A stretch of DNA of 64,000 nt from Squalus acanthias (taxonomy: Eukaryota): assembly GCA_030390025.1 (NCBI GenBank), contig CM059431.1, positions 113,400,001 through 113,464,000 on the forward strand, in the 5' to 3' direction. A model generated the notes under the pieces. The model saw only the letters and a list, made by a program, of their open reading frames with translations. It searched no databases and was not told the DNA's origin. Position numbers and translations under genes: made by a program. This document shows positions 38,815 to 51,783 of this stretch, piece by piece; within the stretch, counting starts at the first letter, position 1; every line of letters begins with the position of its first letter.

Positions 38815-39429
38815 CCTGAAAGTCTCGACCCTTCTCGTTCAGCACCAGGACAGTCACTGGGAGCGGAGAGAGTTTCCCCACTTGGAAACTATAAAGGAGA
38901 GGAGGAGCTGGAGAGGGGAGCAAAAAGCATGGAATTACAACCTAGAAAATAGCCCACCAATTCCACTTGCTCATTTCATGCACGATGGGGACGGGTTCCG
39001 ATCTGTCACGACTTCTAACTGGAAATCGAGTCTCCCAGTCAAAGTTCAGTCTATCTCCGATAAGATCGACCGGGTTTTACTGGAGGAAGTTATTTCCCAA
39101 ATGCACCAATGCAGAAATAGCGAGAGAGGCTCCCTATTAGCGAGCTCATGATGTGGGATGTCTGAAGTTTCTTTTTTTAATATTTGATAAATAAGCTTCC
39201 TTTTCGCTGGTCACCGATATTTTCGTGCAGAAAACATTTTTTTTTGCTCACAACATGCTGAGTCTTCTATTTTCACCTTGCACTTTACAAGCCCGTCCAA
39301 CCTCACCCTGACTGCCCTTACTCTATCCTTCCAGAAATCATTCAACACCTCTGATTTAGTTTCGACCGTTTCTCTTACAGAATTTACAGGGCAATTTATA
39401 CTTACAGAGATATTCTGAGGCTGAGGATT

Positions 39430-39513
39430 TGTGTGTGTGTGTGTGTGTGCCTGGATCAGTCTTTGCAGCACTCAAACAGATGGGTGTTTGCTCCAGATTA
39501 CACACACACACAC
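39430..39513. repeat. (GT)n and (CA)n microsatellites in the putative 5'UTR intron
   Basis: (GT) about 9 copies at 39431-39449 and (CA) about 6 copies at 39500-39514. Confidence 0.85.
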
Positions 39514-39542
39514 AATGGTTGGAGATGGGGCCAGGAGATTAC

Positions 39543-39700
39543 CTATTGTCTCTGTCACCCACTAACTGATCCAGACAAGCGGCAGAAGTTTTCGCCGGGG
39601 CACTCACTGATCGCAGTGTCTCGGCGATCTCACAAACTACTTTTTATTCCCTCCGACTTTCTCCATCAATCAACCCAGACCCCGCCCGCTGCCAAGACTC
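39543..39700 (-). promoter_or_regulatory. EDNRB: Candidate EDNRB core promoter and non-coding first exon
   Basis: In minus-strand order: GC box GGGCGGGGG (about 39687-39679), TGATTGAT (39672-39665), TATA-like AATAAAAAG (about 39648-39640), donor AG|GTAATC at 39542. A matching pyrimidine-rich acceptor ...CCTCTCCTTTATAG| lies at 38889. Locally CpG-rich. Confidence 0.55.
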
Positions 39701-40619
39701 TGCATCACTGGCTCTCGGGATCCCAGCGAGAAAACGGACACTTTTTCTTCCCTTTCCCCCCCGAAGGGTTTTCGAAGGGAGCACGGGGGTTGTGCCAGGG
39801 CAGGTTTACATTCTGGCCAGCTGCCCCATTGATAACTCACACGCCGGCGCCCAACTCGTCAATTTTTGCGCCTCATTTTAATTGATCAGATCAGAGTCAA
39901 CAGTAGTTATTTTGTGAGTTCGCCCCGGATTTCGCATCAAGTTCATATTTTGTCTGTTTTATGGGCTGGAGAATTGTGTCACATGTCCCCCCACAAGTGT
40001 TTGAACTGTGCAAATTAGCGCGAGACTGCAAAAGCAACCTGGATCTGAAGAAATCAGTAAACGTCAAAAAAGTATAGATCTCAGATAAGAGTAAACCTGT
40101 TAGTCGTTCTCCAACTCGAAGATTGATCCGTCTTCTGACACAGGATGCAGAAAATAAAATGTGCTCGTTAACAAAACAATATTTACAAATAGCCCTCTGG
40201 TCTTAATATTGGATTTAATAACTTCAGACCCAAACTATAGCTCCCATTTTCTCCCTGGCAAGAGATGTTGGCAATGTGGGAAGGGTGTTCTACATTTCAG
40301 GGGGTGGAGAACAATCGCCACATCTCCCGCCAACTTCCCTTTCCTCTCAAAAGTCCTTGAACGTGATGTCGCCGTCCAAATCCGTACTCATCTTTCTCGC
40401 AGCTCCATGTTTGAATCTCTCCAATCAGGTTTCCACCCCTGAACTCTGAAACAACCCTAATAAAAGTCACAAATCACATCCGCTGTGTCCGTGACCATGG
40501 TGCACTATCTTTCCTCATCCTTCTCGACCTCTCTGCAGCCTTTGACACAGTTGACCACATCATCCTCCTCCTCCAATGCCTTTCCTCCAGTGTCTAGCTG
40601 AGTGGGACAGCCCCCGCTT

Positions 40620-42780
40620 ACATAGGGTTACATCGGATATACGGCACAGAAACAGGCCATTCGGCCCAACCAGTCCATGCCGGCGTTTATGCTCCACTCA
40701 AACCTCCTCCCGTCTTTCCTCATCTAAATCTATCAGCATAACCCTCTATTCCCTTCTCCCTCATATGCTTGTCTAGCCTCTCCTTAAATGCATCTATACT
40801 AATTGCTTCAACCACTCCGTGGTAGCGAGTTCCACATTCTCACCACTCTTTGGGTAAAGAAATTTCTTCTGAATTCCTTATTGGATTTCTTGGTGACTGT
40901 CTTATATTGATGGCCTCTAGTTATGCTCTTCCCCACAAGTGGAAACATTCTTTCTGTATCCACTCTATCAAAAACTTTCTTAATTTTAAAGACCTCTATT
41001 AGGTCACACCTCAGTTTTCTTTTTTCAAGAGAAAAGAGACCCAGCCTGTTCATCCTTTCCTGATATTTATACCCTCGCATTTCTGGTATCATCCTTGTAA
41101 ATCTTCTCTGCACCCTCTCCAGTGCCTCTATATCCTTTTTATAATATGGCAACCAGAACTGCACGCAGTACTTCAAGTGTGGTCTAACCAAGGTTCGATA
41201 CAGATTTAGCATAACTTCCCTACTTTTCAATTCTATCCCTCTAGAAATAAACCCTAGTGCTTGGTTTGCCATTTTTATGGCCTTGCTAACCTGTGTCGCA
41301 ACTTTTAAGTGAATTGTGTATTTGTACTCCAAGATTCCTTTGTTCTCTACCCCACCGAGACTCACACCCTCCAAGTAATAAGTGACCTCTCTGTTCTTCC
41401 TACCAAAATGTAATACCTCACATTTATCTGTGTTGAACTTCAATTGCCAATTATATGGCCATTCTGCAAGTTTATTAATGTCCTCCTGTAATTTGTTGCA
41501 GTCCTCCTCAGTGTCGACTATCCCCACCCATTTTGGTGTCATCCGCAAATTTAGAAATTGTGTTTTTGATTCCAAAGTCTAAATCGTTAATATAAATTGT
41601 GAACAACAGTGGTCCCAGCACTGATCGTTGTGGAACACCACTACCCACTTTCTGCCACTGTGAATAGCTACCCTTTACCCCTACTCTCTGCTTCCTGCCT
41701 TGAAGCCAGCTAGCTATCCATTCTGCTACTTGTCCCCTGACTCCGCATTCTCTGACTTTGTTCATCAGTCTATTATGGGGTACCTTATCGAAGGTCTTTT
41801 GAAAATCTAGATAAATTACATCTACTACATTACCATTGTCTACTCTCTCTGTTACCTCTTCAAAAAATTCAATGAGGTTGGTCAAGCAAGACTTTCCCTT
41901 TTGAAATCCATGCTGACTATTCATTACTATGTTTTTGGTTTCTAGATGTTCTTCTATTTTCTCCTTTCATAGGGATTTCATTATTTTTCCTACCACCGAT
42001 GTTAAGCTGACTGGTCTATAATTCCTTGGACATATTCTATCCCCCTTCTTAAATATAGGTCTTACATTAGCTATCCGCCAGACCTTTTTCTAATGAATTA
42101 TTAAATATGTGTAGTAATGCCTCTGCTATCTCTTCCCTAGATTCTTTTAAATGCGTGGATGCAATCCATCCGGACCAGGGGTTTTATCCCTTTTGAGTTT
42201 GTTTAGTTTATTTAATATATCCCCTCTTTTTATTTTAAATGCACTTATCTCATTACTAATCTCATCATCCAATGTCATGTCCACCTGTTCTATCTCCCTG
42301 GTAAATACTGAACCAAAATAATTATTTAATAGTTCTGCCATCTCTCTATTGTTACCTGTGATATTATCCTATCTATCCCTTAATGGCCCTATTCCCATCC
42401 CAACCTTCCTTTTTTAAATTGATGTGCCTGTAAAATGTTTTACTATTTTGTTTTATGTTCCTTGATAATTTAATTTCATAGTTCCTCTTTGCCTTCCTAA
42501 TTGTTTTTTTGACCTCTCCTAATCTCTTCATATTCTCCCTTATCATGCATTCCCCTGCTGTCCATGTATTTAATGTATGCCTCTTTCCTTACCCTCAATT
42601 GTTCCCTTATGGCTTTATTCATCCATGGAGTCTCATTAGTGTTTAGTTTGTTCTTTCCTTTTAGCAGAATATATTGTTCCTGCACTCCGTTTAACACTGT
42701 TTAAATGTTCCCCATTGCTGTTCTACATTGTTGTTTGCCAATATCGCTGCCCATTTTAATTCCACTCTTACCCATTCTGT
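40620..42780 (-). mobile_element. CR1 ORF2 fragment with several frameshifts
   Basis: KTPGPDGLHPRI, QHGF, DFQKTFDKVPH, GVPQ, FADD and WNSLP motifs spread over several ORFs. Confidence 0.92.
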
Positions 42781-43483
42781 CCTTGACGGAGAATTTTCTG
42801 CAATGGCTTCTTTTCCAGCCCCTGCACCATTATGTCTGGAGTCTCACCAAGGCTCTATCCTTGGCCCCTCGTGTTTCCCATCTACATAGTGCCCCTCAGC
42901 AACATTATCTGAACACATGATGTCAGGTTTCACATGCACACTGATGATATCTTGGACAAGCTGCAATTTCCTTCAATTAAGCACTGGGAAGATGGAAGCC
43001 GTCATCTTCGGCCCCCATCACAAACTCCATTCCCTCAGCACTGATTCAGTCTCCCTTGCCGGCCACTCTCTCAGCCTGAATCAAACTGTTCACAACCTTG
43101 CTGTCCTATTTGACCCTGAGCTGAGTTTTCAACCCCATATCCTCTCCATCACAAAGAACGCCTACTTCAATCTATATAACTTCTCCGCCCCTGCCTCAGC
43201 TTATTTGCTGCTGAAACCATCATCCATGCTTTTGTTACCTCCAGAATTGACTATTCCAATGCTTTCCTGGCCAGCCTCCCATCTTCCACTCTCCATAAAC
43301 TTAAACTCATCCAAAACTCCGCTGCCCGTATCCTTACCCACACCAAGTCCCGTTCATCCATCACCCCTGTGCTTTCTGACCTACATTGAATTCCAGTCCA
43401 CCAATGCCTTGATTTTAAAATTCTCATCCTCATGTTCAAATCCCTCCATGGCTCTATCTCTGTACCCTTCTCCAGCCCTACAA

Positions 43484-44409
43484 TGTAGGGGTGTGGGTTG
43501 TGGTAGGAGTCAGCCTTTCCCCTGACTCAGTGAGCGGTTCGAATCGCTCCCACGCCCCAGGTTCAAAACTTGGACTTATTTAGGGGTTGTGAATAAAGAT
43601 GCAGTAGACCACAGGTTCCAATGAAAGAACTATAACTTTTATTAAAGTTAAAAGGTAACAAACTTAAACACACTTCACACTTAAACAGGTTTGGGGAGCA
43701 CACGGTTACAGGCGAGGAAAATGACAGTATACAAGAAAAATAAAAACCTTTATCCCTCCCAAAAATCCCACTTCTAGCTAGGTTTCGGTTTTAGGAGATC
43801 AGGGATAATGCTCACCAGACAGGGGTATTAACAATATGAAATCCAGCCAGGTAAGTCGGTGGTGATTCTGGTCATCGAACGTCTTCCTTTACCATGTGGC
43901 TTCTGGGCAGTGCTGCGAGAGAGCCTTGTTTCCAGCGTAGTCGGTCGAGTCGAAAGAGAAAGAAATCTTGGGTCCTGCTGCAATTATAGTCCTTTCCCCA
44001 CCCCCCCCCGCACCCCCCCAAAACTCCTCACGAAAAACTGGTTTCGTGATGCAGTGAGTTTTCAGGTGAGGCCTGTTCATTGTCTTGTTAAAATTTTGAT
44101 GGGCTTTCAACGATGCGAAACCAAATCAAATGGCTTAGATCCTGTTGCGTTGTCGTTCCATGGAAGCTTGCTTTGTTCTCCTGCTTTGGGTTCCTTGCTG
44201 GTCCTAGCATTCCTATGGGCTCTGTGTTTTGGGTGGGGCGGCCTTTCCCCAGGGCCTATTGTCCAAATGGTAATGTTTGCTGGGCTTTGAATTCCCAGAC
44301 CATCCACGTGCCGTACATGTTCAGGCATGTTTCCTTTAAAGTTCCAAAGTCCTTACTTTTTTTCCTTTCGATATATATTTGGGGATCTGCAAATTTTGAA
44401 AATCTTACA
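43484..44409 (-). mobile_element. Solo LTR (926 bp)
   Basis: TGTA...TACA termini and 4-bp TSD ACAA (43480-43483, 44410-44413) that restores the L2 host sequence. AATAAA on the minus strand near 43640. Orientation tentative. Confidence 0.8.
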
Positions 44410-44700
44410 ACAACCCTCCAGGAACTCTGCGTTCCTCCAACTCTGGCCTCTTGTGTATTCCCCACTCCCTTAGCCCCACCATTGGTGGCCGTGCCTTCAG
44501 CCATCTCGCCTTAAGTTCTTAAATTCCCTCCCTAAATCTCTCCACCTGTGTCTCCTCCTTTAAGATGCTCCTTAAGCACAACTGTTTTGACCAAGCTTTT
44601 AGTCACCTGCCCTAATATTTTCTTCTTTGGCTCGGTATCAATTTTGGTGTGATTACGCTCCTGTGAAGCACCTTGGGACATCTTACTACGTTAAAGGCGC

Positions 44701-45008
44701 TTTCTTTTGGATGAGACGTTAAACCGTCTGCTATCTCAGGTGGACGTAAAAGATCCCAGGGCACTATTTCGAAGAAGAGCAAGGGAGTTCTCCCTGGTGT
44801 CCTGGCCAATATTTATTCCTCAATCAACATCACAAAAACAGATTATCTGGTCATTATCACATTGCTGTTTGTGGGAGCTTGCTGTACGCAAATTGGCTGC
44901 CGCGTTTCCCACATTACAACAGTGACTCCACTTTAAAAGTACTTCATTGGCTGTAAAGTGCTTTGAGATGTCCGGTGAAAGGCGCTATATAAATGCAAGT
45001 TTTTTTTT
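44701..45008 (+). mobile_element. 5'-truncated DeuSINE
   Basis: SINE body and tail. Confidence 0.85.
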
Positions 45009-45316
45009 AATAAATGAAATCTCTGTTGTTGTTGAAAGGAGCAGTTAGTGGTTGGGGGTAGACCATCGATCAGAACACTGTGCTGACTAGAGGGTCTGCA
45101 CCCTTGGTGATGATCTGCTTCTTATTCTACCAGGCTCCTGGTCTTCTGGAGGCTTCCTCACTTTGCTAGTTTTACATGCTTCCCTTTGTACCTGCCACTC
45201 ATTTATTTAAGCCATTCACACATTCTCTGTGCCTTGCGTATATCTCTAATTTCTCTCATTATGCCTCCTATTATCTCATACTTCTACCATTTAACCTTCT
45301 TCAGTTCTATTTCTTC

Positions 45317-45318
45317 GT

Positions 45319-45356
<38 letters not shown>
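45317..45356. repeat. (GT)n microsatellite
   Basis: About 20 GT units with one interruption. Confidence 0.9.
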
Positions 45357-45361
<5 letters not shown>

Positions 45362-46469
45362 CTCCCCTTCTCCTTGTTCTGTTCCTTTTTAAATGATGAC
45401 CATCAGTAATATCTCCCAGTCTTGACAAAGGGTCAGGTCACCCAAACAGATGCTGCCTGACTTGCTGAGTGTTTCTGGTATGTTATCTTTTTTATCTACA
45501 AGTCTCCTCAGGTTCAGTATATATATAACTACGACCTGAACGATTGACAGTCCAGTCAGATAAAATCTTTAGCTTGATAACTGCCTATAAGTGTAATGAG
45601 AAGCATACACTAGTGTATATAATTCATAGAGCTTAAAATAGGAAGAGAAACATGCTAAAAAATAGCAATGAATTATCTAACTATCTTTTTTGGTCAGCCG
45701 AGTGTTCTGATAAGCTCATAATCCATCACTATGTTTGAGTCTTCAAACCAAACTACTAGGTAATGTGAACCTGTAAGGTTTCTGTTTGCACTATGCAGAG
45801 TGCTCACTCTCTTCCCTACAGGATCACAGCCCATGTACCTAAAGCTAGAGAGTTGAAGTGCAGGTTGGCAGAGTCAATCTTAGGCTTCTTTTGAGGTCAC
45901 TAGGTCAGCATAAGAAGGAGAACAATTTTCTCTATGAAGAGATAGGATGGGTATGTGAGAACAGGAAAGATATTTTAATGAGAGTCTTCAATCAACCAAA
46001 TATAAACTGGGAAAATCCAAGTCAGCATTGGTCGATGTAGTACATGCGCCTTCTTGGCCCAGTGTGTTAGGAAATCATGAGTGTCATTCTCATTTTGATC
46101 TGATATTCGTAAATTAACCAGAAAATGTACAGGAAATGGAAATCATAGTACTGGAGGAAGGTGGGGAACAGTAACCACAAAGTGGTAAAGTTTAACATGA
46201 TCTCGGAGCCAGAAATACCGAAGACCAGGAGCCAAGTACATCATTTTAAAAGGGCTAAATTCAATGAGATGTGAGAACAACTAAAGCAAATGGAATTGTG
46301 GAGGTTGTTCAAAAACAAGCAGAACACCTTAAAAAATATAATGCTGAGAAAGCAAGACTTGCATTTATATAGCGCCTTTCACGACCTCCGGACATCTCAA
46401 AGCGCTTTACAGCCAATTAAGTACTTTTTTGAAATGTAGTCACTGTTGTAATGTAGGAAACGCAGCAAC

Positions 46470-48405
46470 ATATCACGGAGTTGGGGGTAATATATTAGCA
46501 TGGATAGAGAATTGGCTAACTAACAGAAAGCAGAGAGCCGGGATAAATGAGTCATTTTCTGGTTGGCAAACGGTAACTAGTGGGGTGCCACAAGGATCAG
46601 TGCTGGGGTCCCAACTATTTACAATCTACATTAATGACTTGGATGAAGGGATCGAGTGTAATGTAGCCAAGTTTGCGGATGATACAAAGATGGGTGGGAA
46701 AGTTGTGCAGAGGACTCATTTGGGCTGGATTTTGTCAATGGGGACGTGATGGAGGCGGGACTCCCACTTTTTGGGTTGTAGTCCCGCCTCCATCGACTTG
46801 TGGCCAACCCACTGTATTTTCCCTTGATTGACCTTGTTAAGCCCGCCCAGCGGGCTTAGCAGGCCAATCAAGGGTCCCTTGGATACAGGTGACGTCAGCC
46901 ATTGAAATTTCATCTGTCAAGAGCTTTTGACAGCTGAAATTTCAGCGTTTGACAGCTCTGTGAAGCTGTCAAATACTGACAATATGAATTCTAACTTGAG
47001 TCCCTGTACTTAGACTCAGTTAGAAATCAATCCAGCACAGAAAGCAGAGACTGCAGCTTTTGACAGCTCCGCGGCCATTCTGCTTTCTGTGCCATGGATG
47101 TGAGGGACTCCCGACACCTTAAGAAAGCTAGCCTGGAGGACAAAGTTAAGGTAAGTAAAAGTTCTTAAAACACTTTACACACACCAAACACACTTACCTC
47201 TGCACTCATGCACCCATCACTCACCTGCACACCGGACATCTCGACCCCTCCAAGCCCTCCAGACTGACGGTCCGCCTCGCTAAATCGGCGTGGTTCGGAC
47301 CTGTCGGGAAGCCCACACTTCAGGGCTAAAAATAGGGATTAGGCAAAAAACTGCCTGTTAACTACCTGTTAACAGGCAGTTTATTGGCACTAATTCCCTT
47401 CCCGCCTCCTGGGAAACTGGCATGGAGGCAGGTTGGGGGTGGGATGGGTTCAGGACCCCCGAATCTGCTATTTTCACACCACTCCCACCTCCAAACCCGC
47501 CTCCACGGGCCGGTGAAAATTGAGCCCAAAGAATCTGCAAAGGGATATAGACAGGCTAGGTGAGTGGGCAAACATTTGGCAGATGGAGTATAATGTGGGA
47601 AAGTGAGAGGTTATCCACTTTGGCAGGAAAAATAAAAAAGCAAACTGTTATTTAAATGGAGAGAAATTACAAAATGCTACAGTTCAGAGGGACCTGGGGG
47701 TCCTTGTGCATGAAACACAAAAAGTTAGCATGCAGGTACAGCAAATGATCAAAAAGGCAAATGGAATGTTGGCCTTTATTTCAAGGGGGTTGGAGTATAA
47801 AAACAGGGAAGTCCTGCTACAACTGTACAAGGTATTGGTGAGACCACACCTTGAGTACTGCGTACAGTTTTGGTCTCCTTATTTAAGGAAGGATATACTT
47901 GCATTGGAGGCAGTTCAGAGATGATTCACTAGGTTAATTCCAGAGATGAGGGGTTTGACTTATGAGGAAAGGTTGAGCAGGCTGGGCCTATACTCATTGG
48001 AATTTAGAAGAATGAGAGGTGATCTTACTGAAACATATAAGATACTGAGGGGGCTCGACAGGGTAGATGCAGAGAGGATGTTTCCCCTCGTGGGGAAATC
48101 TAGAACTCGGGGGCATAGTTTCAGAATAAAGGTTTGCCCTTTTAGAACTGAGATGAGGAGGAATTTTTTCTCTCAGAGGGTCGTAAATCTGTGGAATTCT
48201 CTGCCCCAGAGAGCTGTGGAGGCTGGGTCATTAAATACATTTAAAGTGGAGATAGACAGATTTTTACAAGATAAGGGAGTGAGGGGTTATGGGGAGCGGG
48301 CTGGGAAGTGGCTTTGAGCCCAAGATCAGCCATGATCTTATTGAATGGCGGAGCAGGTTCGAGGGGCCAAGTGGCCTATTCCTGCTCCTATTTCTTATGT
48401 TCTTA
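46470..48405 (+). mobile_element. CR1 3' fragment, itself split by a MITE
   Basis: GVPQGSVLG..FADD before 46720; RT C-terminus resumes at 47528; (TTCTTATG)n tail. Confidence 0.92.
46722..47527. mobile_element. Harbinger-type MITE
   Basis: TIRs GGGCTGGATTTT / AAAATTGAGCCC interrupting CR1 coding sequence. Confidence 0.8.
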
Positions 48406-48719
48406 TATTTGCACACAGCAAGCTCCCACAAACAGCAATGTGATAATGACCAGATTATCTGCTTTGGTGATGTTGATTGAGGGATAAATACTGCCTAGGA
48501 CACCAAGGATAGCTCCCCTGCTCTTCTTCAAAATAGCGTCATAGGATCTTTTACATCCACCTGAGAGAGCGAGACGGGCCTCGGTTTCACGTCTCATCCA
48601 AAAGACGGACCTCCGACAGTGCAGCGCTCGCTCAGTAATGCACTGGCTTGTCAGCCTAGATTTTTGCACTCAACTCTCTGGAGTGTGACTTGAATACACA
48701 ACTTCAGCTGATGCTGCTG

Positions 48720-50742
48720 AGCATGCAGGAAAATGCATTGCTGAAAGCAATAACCTCATACTAAACAAACGTTACCCTAAACAGGTCAGAAAACAAATTA
48801 AAAGTAAGATAGAGAGAAAAAATGGCATATACAGATCCTGCAGGGAGAAAGGAGAAGGGACACACTGGAATGAATTGCAGAAATACATTTTAAAAAAGTG
48901 TTCAGTGAGGCAAAGAAAGCCCTGGGAAAAACAGCATACCCACTGAAGATAAACATAACATTAAAAAAACTGAGGGTGGGCGTAAAACAGTAAATATTTT
49001 GAATGACTACCAAATATTCACAAGGGAAGATATGAGCAACATGCCCTCTCCAAACAAGGATACCTTGAGCAAAATTAATGCTTTTGTTATAAGTGAGATG
49101 GAAGTCTTATACAGGCTAATTGGGCTTGAAATAAATAAATCCTCTTGGTCAGCCGATATTAATCCCAGAGTAATGAAAGAAGCTTTGTGAAGCACTGACA
49201 ATCTCGGTGTCTTATTTGACCCTGAGCTGAGCTTCCGACCGACCCCATATTCTCTCCATCACAAAGACCTCCGACATCCACCTCCGTCACATCACCCACC
49301 TCGGCTCCTGCCTCAGTCCATCTGCTGCTGAAACCCTCATCCATGCCTTTGTCACTTCCAGATTCGACCTTTCTAATGCTCTCCTGATTGGACTCCCATC
49401 TCGCACCTTAAGCTCACCCAAAACATTGCTGCCTGTATCCTATCCCTACCGAGTCCCACTGACCCATCACTCCTGTGCTCACTGAATTACATTGACACCC
49501 GACGCCTTAAGTTTTAAATTTTTATGCTCATGTTTAAATCCCTTCATGGCCTCACCCCTCCACCTCTCCAGCTCCACAACCCTTCAAGAACTCTGCATTC
49601 CTCCAACTCTGGCCTCTTGTGGATCCCCCTCTTCATCTCACCATTGGTGGCCATGCCTTCACCCATCTGGACTCTATTTTCTGGATAGCCTTCCCTAAAC
49701 CTCTTTACCTCCATCTCCTCCTATTAAGACTCTCCTTAAAACTTACCTCTTTTCCAAGCTTTTAGCTGCCCCTCCTTCCTTGGCTTGGCTTGGCATGCAT
49801 TTTTGTCTGATTATACTTCTGTAAAGTGCTGTGGGATTTTGTTATACATTAAAGGTGCTATATAAATGCATGTTGTTGCTGTTAGTGAGGGGCCATTGGA
49901 CACTGGAGAAGTAACCGGAGATTGGAAACAGGCCAATGTAGTGCCCATATTCAAATAGGGTGACAAAACCGATACAGACAACTACAAAACAATTTTCTTC
50001 CTCCCATTCCATAGAAAATAATGGAATCAATTATCAGGCGTAAATTTGAGAAGCATCTGTACAATAGTAACCTAGTTAACAGCAGTCAGCATGGATTCAG
50101 AAAGGGAAGATCCCACTTGACTAACCTCCTGCAACCCAAATGGACTGTGGTAAGGCCATGACATGATGTATTTTGACTTCTAAAACAATTTTTGGAAAAG
50201 TTTTGGCAAAGGCTATTAATTAAAGTCAAAGCTGTGGGGATTCAGGGTAAACTGTAAGCATGGATAAGAAACAGGTTGAAAGGCAAGAAACAATGAGTAC
50301 TCATTAGAGGAATTATGTCAGATTGGAGAGGGGGAAGTGCCCAGTGGATTCCTCAGGGCTCATGAGTTGGACAAGATGTGTAAATTGGCAGAACAATGGC
50401 AGATGAAATTTAATGCAGAGAAATGTAAAGTGTTACACATCAGAAGAAAAAAAAGATGACACGTATAGTATCTGAATAGTGTTGAAATGGCTAAAGATGC
50501 AGTTGAGAGCAGTCTTAGTAGAACTTAACAATTAACATGAAGCAGAGACCATGTTTACATTTAAGAATAGGTTAGATAGGCGGTTGAAGGAAAGCGGCTA
50601 AAGAGATATGGGAAAATGGCAGACACGTGGGATTAGGACTACTGCTCATGTGAAGGTTAAACACCAACATGGACCGGTTGAGCCAAACGACTTGGTTTTT
50701 GTGCTGTAATTTTCAGATAATTCTATGTAATTCTATGTAATC
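48720..50742 (+). mobile_element. Very old CR1 remnant with an L2 fragment (about 49195-49880) inserted
   Basis: Decayed RT-region sequence with (TTCTATGTAA)n tail; L2 tail at 49850-49880. Confidence 0.65.
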
Positions 50743-51041
50743 TTCCTGACTACAGCATGGAAACACACCAGATGAGATCAGAAAGCCAGTTCAATGCACT
50801 GCAAGAATCAAGTCATCTTTACTCACTGAACCATCACATGCTTGAGGGAAATTACTTGGTCCAGCTCACTTCTCACGCATACACACCATGTAAACACAAG
50901 TTGGTGGTACAGAGCTCTACCAGCAACAGCTTATCTCTCTGCAACTCAATCATAGTATGGGCTGCGACCTGGATGTCTGAAATCAATTGATTGATCTATC
51001 TTTCTTCATCTTTCAAAGCTAAACATCCAGAAAAATACATT

Positions 51042-51783
51042 GGCCCAGAAATTGATCTCGCTCTGTTCCCGCGGGGGTAAGGAGCAGGCGCGATCTCTCA
51101 CTCCGCGTTGGCTTTTTCAGATCCAGCTCGCACGAACTTGATGTTCTAGACATCAGCTGGGCAGTGCTTGCGTATCCCACCAGCGTAGTGAATTCGTGCG
51201 AGCTGTGGGATCACGTGACTCAGTTAGAGCCAATGGCAGCACACCATCTTCCATTCATAAGTTTCACATACGTGCTGTGAAAGCTATGAATCTTACACAC
51301 CCCCAAAATAACAGCTAAACCTCAATTAAATTTAAAAAAAGCCATCACATTAATAAAATAAGTATAGTTAAATAAATTAACCATTTTAAATAAAAAATTA
51401 AATTTTTGAAAAAATTTAAAATCTTTTAAAAAGTTATAAAAATAAACTTACCTGTCTTTAAAGTCTCTAAAAAAGATATACCTGTTAAAAAAAATTCAAA
51501 ATAATACTTAATTCACTACTTACCTTGTTAAAAGTGGGTCTTACTCCTCCTTTTTTCATTTCTAAAATCTTCCGTCCTTACCTGCGCGTCCAAAGCACTA
51601 AGTGCACAGCGTGCGCGCAGCCTGTAGCGCGCACGCGGTGCACCGAGGAACCGCCCCCTTTTCCAAAAACCAAGTGCCGGTTTTCAGCGCATGCGCAGTG
51701 CATGCAGAAAACCGGCAATTGGTGACAGAATACGCGAGAGTACACAGTGCGTACTCTCGCGTCGTGGGACTAATTTTTGGGCC
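51042..51783. mobile_element. Harbinger-type MITE with internal hairpins
   Basis: TIRs GGCCCAGAAATT / AATTTTTGGGCC with TSD ATT; perfect 12-bp stem at 51732-51762. Confidence 0.85.

Larger units (their letters stand above)
40315..44700 (+). mobile_element. Degenerate L2 LINE interrupted by a CR1 and a solo LTR
   Basis: RT pieces ([27 protein letters not shown]) at 40315-40618, continuing at about 42790-43483 and 44410-44700. Confidence 0.8.
46349..48704 (-). mobile_element. DeuSINE split by a CR1 (pieces 46349-46469 and 48406-48704)
   Basis: Reverse SINE tail before, and SINE body after, the CR1. Confidence 0.85.

Noticed and set aside
38889..38930. 13-codon upstream ORF (MLFAPLSSSSSPL*)
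   Set aside because: Coincides with the polypyrimidine tract and acceptor AG, so it is probably intronic.
38302..39151. Several plus-strand ORFs over EDNRB exon 1
   Set aside because: Shadow ORFs of GC-rich coding sequence with no recognisable protein features.
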